Assembly (NCBI GenBank): GCA_030390025.1
Contig: CM059432.1
Span: 127,474,001-127,538,000 of the forward strand
DNA: 64,000 bases
Reading direction: 5' to 3'
Source: Squalus acanthias
Taxonomy: Eukaryota
Shown: piece by piece, positions 13,559 to 25,190 of the stretch
How positions within the stretch are numbered: position 1 is the stretch's first letter
How the letters are laid out: each line of letters begins with the position of its first letter
The notes under the pieces: model-generated
Seen by the model: only the letters and a program-made list of their open reading frames with translations
Databases searched by the model: none
What the model was told of the DNA's origin: nothing
Position numbers and translations under genes: made by a program

Positions 13559-13893
13559 TTGGTAAGATAAGGCTAAATACAAATCGTCAAGCTGTTTTAT
13601 TTCACAGCAAGTGAACGTACAGCACAGTAATGATGGGACTTGTTTAGTTCAGTCTGTACAACTTATCTTTGCGTAATAATACAAAATAATGAACGTGCTA
13701 CATATCCCCACATCAGTGGGTAATCTTGCTTGACTCAAACAAAATAACTTCTAATGACTCTCCTGCATTCTAACCTATTGAGTCTCATAAAAGCTTGTCC
13801 TTGCAGTCTTCTGTTTGTTTAAAAACTTGACTGTCAGCCTTGTCACCATTATTATCTCAGCAGGCGAGGCAGCATCCGTGGAGAGAGAAACAG

Positions 13894-13930
13894 AGTTAAC
13901 GTTTCAGGTCGAAGACCTTTCATCAGAACT
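13894..13930 (-). ncRNA. Second, inverted hammerhead ribozyme copy
   Basis: Exact reverse complement of 15193-15229. Confidence 0.78.
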
Positions 13931-14325
13931 TTGCGGAACACCTCCGTTCAGTCCGTAAGGGGAACCCCGAGCTCCCGGTCGCCTGTCACTTTAATTCTCC
14001 GCTTCACTCCCACTCTGACCTCACCGTCCTCGGCCTATTACACTGTTCCACGGAAGCGCAGCGTAAGCTCGAGGAACAGCACCTCATCTTTCGTTTAGGC
14101 ACCCTACAGCCCTCTGGACTCAATATCGAGTTCAACAATTTTAGATCATAACCTTAGCCCCATCACATTTATATTTTATTTTCTCATCCACCCTTTCATT
14201 TGCCCCCCCTTTTTTTTTTCCTCCTAAAAGCTGGCAGCTGTCCTTCATTCTGCCATTGCATTTCACACTTCTTTCAGCCTTAACCTGTCACATTAACACC
14301 ACCTCTTGCCTTGATATCTCTTGAT

Positions 14326-15088
14326 GGCCCAGAAATTTAACTCGGAGTCTTGCCGCGGGGGTAAGGATCCCCCGCGATATCACACTCCGCGCCGGCCGTT
14401 GTGTTTCGGGCCCACACGAACTTCAGCTCCTGGGCCTCTCCCTGGTGCCGGCGCACAGTGTGTGCATGTCCCAGAGGCGCAGTTAGTTCGATGCGACCTC
14501 TGGGATCACGTGGGGCATGGAGAGCCAATGGCAGCACACCATCTTTCATTCATAGATTTGACAGGAGAACTGTCAAAACTATGAATACAAATTGCCCCCA
14601 AAAGAACAGCTAAACCTCAAATAAATAAAAAAAAAACCATCACATTAATAAAATAACTATAGTTAAATAAATTAACCACTTTAAACAAAAATTTAAATTT
14701 TTGAAAAAATTTAAATTCTTTTTAAAAGTTATAAAAATAAACTTACCTTTCTTTAAAGTCTCTAAAAAAGATAAACCTGTTGAAATTTTTTTTAAATAAT
14801 ACTTAATTAACTACTTACCTTGTTAAAAGGGGGTCTTACGCCTGCTTTCTTCATGTGTAAAATCTTCCATACTTACCTTCGCGTTGAAACCTGAAAAAAA
14901 ACCTAAGTGTGCTGCGTGCGCACAGCCTGTAGTGCGCACGCGGTTCACTTAGGAACCGCCCCCTTCGCCATACCCGAAGTGCCGGTTTCCCGCGCACGCG
15001 CATTGCATGCAGAAAACCGGCACTTCGGGACCGAATACGCGAGAGTACACAGTGCGTACTCTCCCGTATTCAGCCGAAGTTTTGGGCC
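14326..15088. mobile_element. Harbinger-type MITE nested in the Penelope element
   Basis: ggcccagaaatt / aagttttgggcc TIRs; close to 34082-34822. Confidence 0.8.
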
Positions 15089-15192
15089 AATGTCTCTTAA
15101 TGTCTCTTAATCTCTCCTTTTGTTCTTTTATCCCCTCCACCTTTTCCCAGCTTTATCCTTGCTTTAAATCTATTTGATTTCCTGCTGTCTCC

Positions 15193-15229
15193 AGTTCTGA
15201 TGAAAGGTCTTCGACCTGAAACGTTAACT
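15193..15229 (+). ncRNA. Minimal type I hammerhead ribozyme in the Penelope terminal repeat
   Basis: agtt-CTGATGA-a-aggtc(ttc)gacct-GAA-ACGT-T-aact: core, stem II, palindromic stem III, stem I agtt/aact. Confidence 0.8.
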
Positions 15230-15742
15230 CTGTTTCTCTCTCCACGGATGCTGCCTGGCCTGCTGAGTTTTTCCAGCGTTTTCTGTTGTTATTTCGGATT
15301 TCCAGCAACTGCAGTATTTTGCTATCCCATTATTATCTCCCTCTGTTCACAACCAGAGGGAAGGACCTATGCCAGACAACCTCTGCCAAACATTTGGAAC
15401 CAGGGACCTCCCAACACAATTGGTGGGAGGTTTTTTATCGATGACTGAGACAGGCTAAAGAAATGCTTATAGCCTATGGGGAAATAATTTCGATGCCTAG
15501 CTCATTAGCATTTTAATCACCTTTTGTCTCAGTATTTTTATTAAACTTGTGTGAACAGACTTTGCTTTTTAAAAAAAACCTCAACGTTTAAATGTAACTT
15601 GTTTCCAAATCTTTTCAGTGGAATAATGCTCAAAAAACACTCCCAAAATGTAACAGGCACCAATGAAAATATTTTCACCTGCATTCTACCTCTGGATATC
15701 AATTTAAACATTGCCTCAACATGAACTACTCTAGCTGTAATT

Positions 15743-15930
15743 ACTATGGGGGTGCAATCGGTCTTGGGCAGTAGCACAAGACAGGTGCTAGTGAATCGGC
15801 AGCCTGTTTTACACCCCGCCCGAATTTCTTTCAAAATTGGAAAAGAAAATCAGGCGGGGTGTAAAGCGGGTGGCCGATTCTCTAGTGCCTGTTTTGCACT
15901 ACTGCTGAAGACCAATTTTGCCTCCATAGT
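15743..15930. repeat. ~190-bp foldback (hairpin) MITE
   Basis: Arms complementary along most of their length (ttttacaccccgccc / gcggggtgtaaa; actatgg / ccatagt). Confidence 0.75.
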
Positions 15931-16329
15931 GGGAGAAAACCTTAAGTATGTGGTGATTTTCATATCCAATTATTTTTTCCATTATTTGAGTAAGAGGACT
16001 CCTCTGTGGAGCCCTGTATGTTACTTGACTCCTCAGTCGAATACTGGCACGATTGCCCATTTGAAATCATTTATCTTTATGATGCCCATGAGTCACAAGA
16101 GATTAAAAATTAAATCAACTCCTTGACAAGTTACTGAGATATATATATATAGTGGAGCATTCACTGAGGTAGTTCTGAAGACTAAGTAGAATATGAAAGT
16201 AGTCCTAGTCCCAAATCATGAATAAATTACCCTTTAATAGCAAAAATGTTTTCAATAGTTTTCACCTACACAAAAGTGGTATAAATATAAACGTTAAAAA
16301 ATAGAAATTAATGTCATAAGCAACTCCCA

Positions 16330-16700
16330 TAGAACGATAGAAGTTCACAACACAGTTTGAGGTCATTCAGCCTATCGTGTCTATGGCTCTTTGCTAGAGC
16401 AATCCAAACTGATCTCACTGCCCGTGCTTTCTCCCCTCTGCTTCAAATATTTATCCCATTTTCCCTTAATAGATCCAATGGTTTCTGCCTCAATCACTCC
16501 CTGTGACTCGCAATTAGAGGGAATAGATTTTCCCGGTTCACCCTGTCAAGTCGTTTCACCATTTTAGAAACCGTTGTCACATCTGCCCTTGGCCTTCTCT
16601 GCTCCAGCGGAAATAATCCGAGTAACTCAAGTTTCTCCCCATAACTATAGTTTCTCATTCCTAGACTCATCCTGGTGAATCTGTGCTGTAGGCTCGCGAT
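16330..16700 (-). mobile_element. Degraded CR1 3' fragment
   Basis: RFTRM...YSYGEKLELLGLFPLEQRR. Confidence 0.8.
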
Positions 16701-17051
16701 GGAACTAATAGAGGTGAAATTGGTTTTCACACCGTTTTTCTGATTTTCTTTTCCATTGAAGCCAATGATGTAAAACCAGCAGCCGATTCACTATGAGGTC
16801 ATTTTGTTCTACGGACGGAAACCAATTTCATCCCTATGTCCTTTATATAAAGGAGCATCCAAAATGGCACACAGCACTGCCAACTGTGGCCTAATCATTC
16901 ATTGCCTTGTGCAAGTTATTGTTGCCTCTTTACTCTTGTACCTCATGTACCTCATTTATAAAACCTGGCATCCAAGGCTGCTGCTGGCTTTAAAAGCAAA
17001 TATTTGAAAATTGCATTAAGGAACTTTTCATTAGTGTTTTACCTTTTTCAG

Positions 17052-17107
17052 ACTTTTCTGTCAAATCAAAGATTGTATGCTCTGAAAGAGAAGCTGACTT
17101 CAATGAG
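17052..17107 (+). pseudogene. Ferlin exon, C2A part (FSVKSKIVCSEREADFNE)
   Basis: ctttttcag acceptor, gtgagt donor, 56 nt; resembles ferlin exon 2 ending ADFDE/FNE. Confidence 0.6.
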
Positions 17108-17315
17108 GTGAGTAAAATAATCAAATGTTTACAAAATATGTCTTGTAGTTTATAAAAATGTGGTAATCTGTTAAAAGGGAAGCAAGGTGTCTTCTGATGG
17201 CAACTTGGAGAGGGGAGGGGAGCCTGGCAGTCCTAGTTGTTGTAAGGATAAAGGAAGCCCGTTGTGGTCTGATGGTTTGCAGAAAATTAATTGGCACTGG
17301 CTGCATAATTCATCA

Positions 17316-17725
17316 GAACATAGGAACAGGAGTGGGCCATTCAGCCCCTTGAGCCTATTCCACCATTCATTTAGATCATGGCTGATCTGTACCTCAACTC
17401 CATTTACCTGCCTTTGCCCCACATGCCTTGATATTCTTACCCAACAAAATCTATCGCTCTCAGTCTTGAAAGTTTCAATTGACCCAGCAGCCACAGCCTT
17501 TTGGTGGAGCTAGTTCCAGATTTTTACTACCCTTCGTGTGGAGAAGTGCTTCCTGATTTCACTTCTGAATGGTCTGGCTCCAATTTTAAGATTATGCTCC
17601 CTTGTTCTGGATTCCCCCACTAGAGGAAATAGTTTCTCTGTATCTATCCTATAGAATCATTTTACCATTTAAAACGCCTGGATTAGATCACCCCTCAATC
17701 TTCTATACTGAAGGGAATACAAGCA
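17316..17725 (-). mobile_element. CR1/HER1 3' fragment
   Basis: Tail agaacatagg...gggccattcagcccc and CR1 C-terminal coding remnant. Confidence 0.8.
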
Positions 17726-18090
17726 AAGTTTTTTTGCAACAGTTCATGAGTGCCACAGGTAAGTTATGTCGGTAGAAACACTGATGGTTTATTTTGTATG
17801 ATATACCACTCCCAGTATGCATTTTTGGTTTGCAGTAAGTCCACACTACAATAAGGTAAATATTGTGAGGTGAGGTGAGGCTCCTGGTGTGGAGCCTGGC
17901 TCAAAGGGAATGTGGATCAAAGAATCGTCATGAGGTTCCGCAAGTCCGATTCCCTGATTGACATCCCCTTGAGCAAGGCTCCGTGCCGGGAGCAGGGCCT
18001 TATAAAATACAGCAAGTAACATTTTCTTATTATACTTCCAATGTCTGTTAGTTCATTACCGTTTTGGAAAGCATTTATTGGTTAGGCGTG

Positions 18091-19577
18091 GTGTGATACA
18101 TCTGTGGAGGTCAGGTGATGTGCTCCTACTTGTTTCCCAGTGTTGGAGGTTGGTGTTTCCATGTGAGATGGCAGATGCAAAGGGATAATCGCCATGGCGC
18201 CATTTTGTAACCAAATATTTTTCAGTCTAGGTATTCAAATTTTAGAGCGCATTCAGCGCATTGCCAAACCCAACATAGGGAACAAGGGCCTAGAAATTCG
18301 ATCGAGCTGCGCCTAAGGGTCCAACATGACGGGCAGCGTGCACGCGCTCATTCCGTGCCAGAGGTGCGCAACCCGCCATATTGGATCGGGCTGCTCAGTA
18401 GGCGTCCTGGGTATGTGCCTGAAACTGGCATTAGGCCCATTGGATATGCAAGTCGGGGGCCTAACGTCTGTTTGTAATTGGTATGTGAGTGACCGTAGCT
18501 TGCGCTGTGTATGCTGCGGTCAGGTTTTTACAGGCGCACAGCAGCCAAACCAACGGAACAGACAGAAGGTATGCCACGGCCCTGCCCAATGTAATTTAAA
18601 GGCCCAGTCCATATTCTGGCACACCCCACAGGCGTTAGTGGGACTTACACCCTCTCCAGTCCCTGGAATTTTGGGGCCATGATCTCTATCTTGGTGATGA
18701 AGAAGTCCGTAAGCTCCTCACACTTGTTATAGGTGAGGGCTGGGGAGAGGAGATTAAGAAGACAGTTGATAGTCAAGAAAATAAACCAGGGGTTATCTTT
18801 CCTCTCCAAGATGATCCTCGAGTAGTGGAGGATTTCAGCAGAGGAGAGTGAGGCCCGGTAGAGCTTGATGTGGCCCAATAAAATCTGATGATGGATGGTG
18901 TGCTAGATCTGCACTCCTTGAGGGAGTGACGATAGGGGCCATACCAGGGGAATTGATCCCTGTCAGTTGTTACTCCTCAGCCCGTATAGCGATAATACTG
19001 CTCCCACGGCGATATGAAGTGGTTTCAAATGTGCATCAACACAAGAACTATAGTATTAGGGCTATTTCTCAGATCAGGCATTCCCAGCAAGAGTGGCATT
19101 CACAGGGAAATCACAGCTTTCTGTCCATTTATATTAATGAGGCCTCCAGGCAAGCAATTTCCTGTTGCGGCTCACCACCACCTTCTCAAGGGCAATTTGG
19201 GATGGGCGATAAATGCTGGCCTTGCCAGCGACACACACATCCTGCGAATGAATAAAAAATACGTGCTGCCAAGCAGGGAATCAGTCCAATAATTCGTGAG
19301 ACTCATTGGCAATTTGACCCCCCAAGTGCACAAAAGGCAAGATATTTGAAAGCAGTGTGGAGTGATGCATTGGTGGAAGTCGGGTGATGTGTTCCTGCTT
19401 ATTTTCCCCCAGTATTGGAGGCTGGTGTTTGCTTGTGAGATGGCAGAGCCAAAGGGAAAATCGCAATGTTGCCGTTTTTGTGACCAAATATTTTTCAGCA
19501 TAAGTATTCAAATTTTAGAGAGCACATTCAGTACATTGTCAAACCCAGCATAAGGAACAAGGGCCGAGAAATTCGAT
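18091..19577 (+). repeat. Diverged direct duplication of ~210 bp (18091-18302 and 19360-19577)
   Basis: Collinear gtgagatggcaga...accaaatattttt...gtattcaaattttagag...ggaacaagggcc-agaaattcgat. Confidence 0.8.
18287..18678. mobile_element. Harbinger-type MITE (gggcctagaaatt...aattttggggcc)
   Basis: TIR-like ends. Confidence 0.55.
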
Positions 19578-21957
19578 GCAGAAATTAGAAATGCAGACCT
19601 ACAGTGCTTGGCCTTCGCGCAGGGTGTGACAGAGCTCCAACCCGGTACGGCACATGTTCCCAGGACCATCTAACTTTTTCATTGAGACACCGAGAGGAAA
19701 GAGACACGGCTCATAGGACAGGAAGCCAACAGTTGGTAAAAGTAGGTGAGAAGATGAAATAAATCAAGAAGTAAGGGCCAAAATTCATTTGGGTCTTCCA
19801 CTAGTCTTCCACCATAACTTGTACCAGGGCTCCGCCCTTTCTGGGAGTTTCCGATTTGCCTTGTTAGGAGTGCAACCTTGGTCCACCCCTTACAAGGCAA
19901 ATGATGGCAAGCGGTTGAACCAGGAGCAGAGAATCCCTATGCCGGGAGTGCTAATTACTTTTGGCTAAGTCAGGACCCAATGTATCAGTGGAGGATGGGA
20001 TGTCTAGTGAGGTGATGAGTGCGTGCATCCATGTGGGCACATATGCCCGGACCCGCAAAGATATCCGAAATTTAAAACAATTCGTCAAGATTAGCCTCCT
20101 TGCTCAAGAGGTCAAGAAGAGCGTGGCCGGGGTAGGTGGGGCCTAGGCAACCTTTACCCCAGTGAAGGCTGGCCATTGGAGATTCTGGCCATAGTGGGCA
20201 GCAGGTGACAGAGATATGCTTGTAGTAGCGCTTGCACCTGCCTGCTTCATGCCAATTAGGTGCCCATCTACTGGCCCTGCAAATTCCAGTGAGGTCAGTG
20301 CTGGGAGGCATCAGCGAGTGTGATCTTGGTGTAACCACTGGGATTGTGTCCCGAAGAATTCCGGCCCTATACCGTTCAAGTTTGGATGTTAATAACCTGA
20401 AGACTGTAGGAGGAAGTGGAGATTAGGGGGGGAGGGTTGAACAGTTCCACAATGTTTGGTGTCCTGGGAAAGAATGAATGAAAATGCGAAAAAAAACTTA
20501 TTAGTTTATGGGATGTGGGCGTCGCTGGCAAGGTGGTGAAAAAACATAAAACACAAATATTATTGAATAGATATAGCCCCTCCTTTTCTAAGCAGCACTG
20601 TAGGTTTATGCCTCTCTTCTAATTAGCCTGCAGTGAAGCCAGTGTTTGCAGTTTTGCTAACTAAATGTTTTCAATTATATGTTCATGTGAACTGCAATAG
20701 AGAGAGGATATTTCAGATGCACCTAGCATTTAGATCCTGACATCTTTGAAGTTTCTATCTTATTTTTGTTTAAGAAACCGTCTGGTATGCTTACTTGAAA
20801 CCAGAAAACTTGAGCACACAAAACCCAGTAAGTCACTAAGGTCCTCAGATGGACAACTGCATGGAACATTTTTCTTTGAAGAGTAGAAAAATGGGTGTGT
20901 CTATAAAGTGCAAAATAAAAAATAGAAAGGAGAGGCAATGTCCGGCAGATGGTCATCCAAATTCACAATTTGAACAGGTTTCTCTGAGTTTGTTGAAATC
21001 TTGGTATATTGCTGAGTTTTTTTGGTCTCTGAAGTAATGGGGGGAATTTTTCGGGGGGCCAGCGGGCACGTTTGGTGGTGGGTCGGGTGAGAAAACATTT
21101 TTTTTGGACCGGGTCTGATCCCACTTGACCCCAACCCAGGTTTAAAATTAGACTTTAAAAAAAAATTCTGAAACGAGCCTTGGCTGGCAGAGTGGCCCTA
21201 CTTATCCTACGGTAAGGTGCTGCAGTGATATCCTTCCCCCACCTCGTTCTCCCCGCTGAGGGGGCGGGGCACTCCAGTCGTGCCATAAATGGTGAGGGCG
21301 CCTGCCAAAGATAAGCAATGGACCCCAAACCCTGGGAGTTTGGAAGGGATCAGGGATGCATCCATGGGATGGGTAGAAGTTCTGCTCCGCCCTTAGGAGG
21401 TTGTCCCAAGCTGATAGCGCCAGTCGTGGAGCGAGCACAGGCACAGGCCGTGGATCAAATTGCCTCCTGTGATCCAATGTCTATGATTCTATGAATTCAA
21501 GGGAATTATACATGAGGGTTAATTGGTGTTTAACCATTCCCCAAGACATGGATGGAGCAACGCTCAAGTTAAAGAAATCAAGCAGTTTAAATTTGTTATT
21601 TTTAATGACACTTTTATTGCTAATTTTTCATTTGCATAATAAAACACAGGCACAACAGGTATGCGGAAAGAGTACCAGTCAGGATTTTCTTCCTTCTTTC
21701 ATACCGCTGCTTTAATCCTGGAACCCACTGAGCCTTTCAGCAGGCGTTACATGAGAGCACAGTCCTGGCGTTCTCTGATGTGATTTCCAGCCAGAGACAG
21801 TGCTGCCATTTCTTACGTGTCACTGTCTCATCCTTCCTCACTTCACCTGCATGTCCAACCTGCTGACATTGCGTGTAGCACGTCATACCAAAATATGTGA
21901 GAGAGGCCTGCAAATGGGAATATATAGTTAGTGCTAAGAGATTAATCAATTATAACA

Positions 21958-22300
21958 TCATAGAATCATAGAATGATACAGCACAGAAGGAGACCATTCG
22001 GCCCATCATGCCTGTGCCGGCTCTTTGAAAGAGCTATCCAATCCCTTGCCCTTTCCCCGCAGTACTGCAAATTTTTCCTTTTCAGGTATGTACCAATTCC
22101 CTTTTTAATGTTACTATTGAATTGGCTTCCAACAAGCTTTCAGGCAGTGCACCAGATCATAACAACTTGGTACATAAAAATTGTTATCTCCCCTCTGGTT
22201 ATTTTGCCAATTATCTTAAATCTGTTTCCTCTGGCTACCATCCATCCTGCCAGTGGAAACAGTTTCTCCTTATCTACTCTGTTAAAACCTCTCATAATTT
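21958..22300 (-). mobile_element. CR1 3' fragment
   Basis: (tcatagaa)n tail and ccattcggcccatc motif. Confidence 0.75.
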
Positions 22301-22744
22301 TGAATTGTGGGCACATTCAAATAGAAAACTGCAAAAATAGGGAAAACCACCCTCTTTTGCATAGCTTATCAATAAAGAATGCAATTCTGGATAACAGACC
22401 CAAATACAGGATCTGTTTCAGTTCCAAATGTCTTGAAGAGTATGTATTTTCTCCATAAATGCTATAAATCACTATAAATGTTGACAGCATCTTGTAGTCT
22501 TACTCTCAGGTGCATGTCCTCAGATTATTAGTACTGTAATACCACTGCTGTTAAAGGTGGAAATCAGCTTTTTACTGTAGTTTAATTCAAGCAGCACTTG
22601 CACAAAATAATTAAGTTTAGTTCCAAGACCAAGCAATACATGATGGATTAGATAATAATTACCGTATAAGTTCTGTGACAAGAAAATTTACCAGCAATAT
22701 AAATTGAATTTACAGGGATTTGTCTTCTGTCTTTTTCTCTCCAG

Positions 22745-22802
22745 ACGATTAAATATTGCGTCAAACAGAGACCAAAGTATCTTCCAACCTCAAAACTTTC
22801 AG
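22745..22802 (+). pseudogene. Ferlin exon preceding C2B (RLNIASNRDQSIFQPQNFQ)
   Basis: tctctccag acceptor, gtaaca donor; PQNFQ matches the PQ(N/S)(F/Y)Q motif that opens C2B. Confidence 0.7.
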
Positions 22803-23844
22803 GTAACACACAGCCTCATGTCTGAAGTGATGTTGGACAATGAAGCAGTTGAAGGGTTAGGTTAGGCTGGTAGTGCCCGCACCTCCTCAATGACAAGATC
22901 ACATTTATCGGGGAAGCATGATTTAAGTACTGTGCAACAACCAATATTTTTAAAGACGGACTTTTTATTTTGTATGGGTAAATAAATCTGTTACCTAAGC
23001 TTTGAAGAGTAGAAATTTCCCCACTTTCTGGTGACATTTCAAAATTTGAATTTTATTTTTGAGTGTTTTGCACCGCCTTGTGTATTGGTGCAGCCTGCGT
23101 TGTGCTTACATGGCATTTGAAAGATTCTGCATTGGCACAATGGTGAAAATTTGCTTCTTCAGTGCTCCGATGCAGAGTTTCACACCTCAGAGCGCTTATT
23201 GCAGCATCATGGGCAGTACAAGCCCCAATTTTCTGATCTAGATGCCAGCACACAAAGCTCTGCACTGGGGACACTGAAGCAAAACTTTATCCCACTGGAT
23301 CTCTTGCTACACTCATACAAACTGATGTAGTGGGTGTTGGGTACTTCGGTATCAGGATATTTAGTTGGCAATAGAATAACACTCCCCTGAAATCACCTCA
23401 AATTAGTTTGGCTTGCATTGGCCACTGGTACGACCTGCTCTCGTTTGAGTCCACCTTTTATAAGAATGTATTTCGTTTTGTTCCGAGATTGGCAGGAGTA
23501 GAGGGTATCTTGTAGTGCCGGCAATGAGTACATGTTCCCTCTGCCACCCATTCCTCTGCAGCACTGCGAATCAGCAGCATGGCTGCAGAGCTTCTCCAGG
23601 TTCACCATGGAGTGTGCAGCGTGCCATTGATGTGTAGTGACTGGCGGTTCTAAAGAATGCTCTTGGAGGAAAACTGTGGAATATTGAGGTGTGGATGGCC
23701 TTTTCTCACTGCTTGCTTTCTTATGTTCTGCAGCTGCCTGCAAATAAACAGCATAGTCATTCCACAATAGTTATATTTAAACAGTAGCTCGAAGGCATCA
23801 TTATCTATTGCTCCTCAAATCCATCTTGTTTCTGTTTTGTGAAG

Positions 23845-23976
23845 GTCATTCGAACTGTATATGAAGCCCGGCAATTGGCTGGAGTGGAGATTGATCCAGT
23901 GGTGCAAGTAGAAATTGATGGTAAGAGGAAGCTGACATCGACACAGAAATCGACAAACTGTCCATCCTTCAATGAG
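23845..23976 (+). pseudogene. Ferlin exon, C2B (VIRTVYEARQLAGVEIDPVVQVEIDGKRKLTSTQKSTNCPSFNE)
   Basis: AG/GT bounded, 132 nt, strong match to ferlin EARQL-G-DPVV...STNCP--NE. Confidence 0.92.
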
Positions 23977-24762
23977 GTAACTACCTAAATAATCTTGCTG
24001 TAGTAAAGCTCTATCATGCAGAACTAATTCTCGTCCCGGCCATCTCCCTGCAACCTATCCTCCCATAAAGTGCAGCGGCTGCCAATATGACAACCAGAGA
24101 TGCCCAAGTACCCGCTGTGTCCACCTGAAACAGGTGATAGGCTCTTTAATATGCTAATCAAGGGCTGAATGGCTGTTTTAAGACCCTGATGGCAAATTCA
24201 GCAAGAACTGGGCAGAGCATGCACCGTGCAAGCTCCACTCAGTGTTCCTGGACTGCAGCAGCCTAACCAGAGGTCCTTAAAGGGACTGATGGAAGCCGCT
24301 GAAGAACATGTAAGTTTTTTTTTTACTTACCTTAATGTGGAGTCAGGAGGAGCCGGATACTTCGGCCGCTGCCATTCCATGCTCGCACCTCCTCCCATTT
24401 GTCTCCCCCACAGGACTTACCTATGAACTTCCAGAGCCCTGAACAACGAGCCGAATCAGGACATCCAATTGGCTTTTGTTGTATTATGTAGATGAGATCC
24501 AAGGCACAAATTCCAGTGAGCACCGCCCACTTTGCACCGGTTTTCAGTGCAAGACCAATTTCCTGGCCACCACCTGTATTTTCCCCCAGTTTTCCTCCCA
24601 TCTTAAGCTGAGATACTGTTACACGGGCACTGTCAACCCTCTGGCAACCTTGCTCAAATGGCTATTGTTGAATTGTGAGCCTAGACAGTGACTAACAGCA
24701 GACCATTTGATTGTGGGAGGCTGCTCTTTACTTAGGAGGGCATTCCAGAGATCTGTGGCCTC

Positions 24763-24990
24763 GTGGAAGGAAGGCTCAGACGTCGCAGCACAGCTAGGAC
24801 TGCATTGCCTGTGGCAGTCAAGGCAGGTCCAGTAGCACTTAACTTTTATGCTACTGGAACCTTCCAGGCTGCCATAGGTGATATAAGTCACATCTCTCAA
24901 TCCTCTGTGCACTTCTGCATAAGGGAGGTCAGTAAGGCTCTATATGCTCTGAGGAATGATTACATATCATTCCCTATTGCCAGAACAGAC
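24763..24990 (+). pseudogene. Harbinger transposase N-terminal fragment (DDE core absent)
   Basis: ORF 24763-25137; homology ends after DYISFP. Confidence 0.85.
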
Positions 24991-25190
24991 CAGAGGCAGT
25001 CCAACATCTGCACTCAATCCTTTCAGCCCCTTCCCCATGCAGATCACAATAAAAAAAGACCATCGATTCCACCACTACCCAATTACCATCATCACTGTTT
25101 ATATACATCAGAAACAAACAATGAACACATGACATAACCAACATCACTTACAAATATTCAACGATTCACCCTGGTGCTTACCCTTAGTGG

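Larger units (their letters stand above)
13859..15326 (+). mobile_element. Penelope-like element insertion: GIY-YIG C-terminus, terminal repeat and inverted partial terminal repeat, 13-bp TSD
   Basis: 13929-14151 translates FAEHLRSVRKGNPELPVACHFNS...EEQHLIFRLGTLQPSGLN; TSD ccattattatctc at 13846-13858 and 15327-15339; 13859-13930 is the reverse complement of 15193-15264. Confidence 0.88.

Noticed and set aside
20947..20987. QMVIQIHNLNRFL, weakly like a ferlin C2A exon
   Set aside because: No acceptor, in-frame stop, weak similarity.
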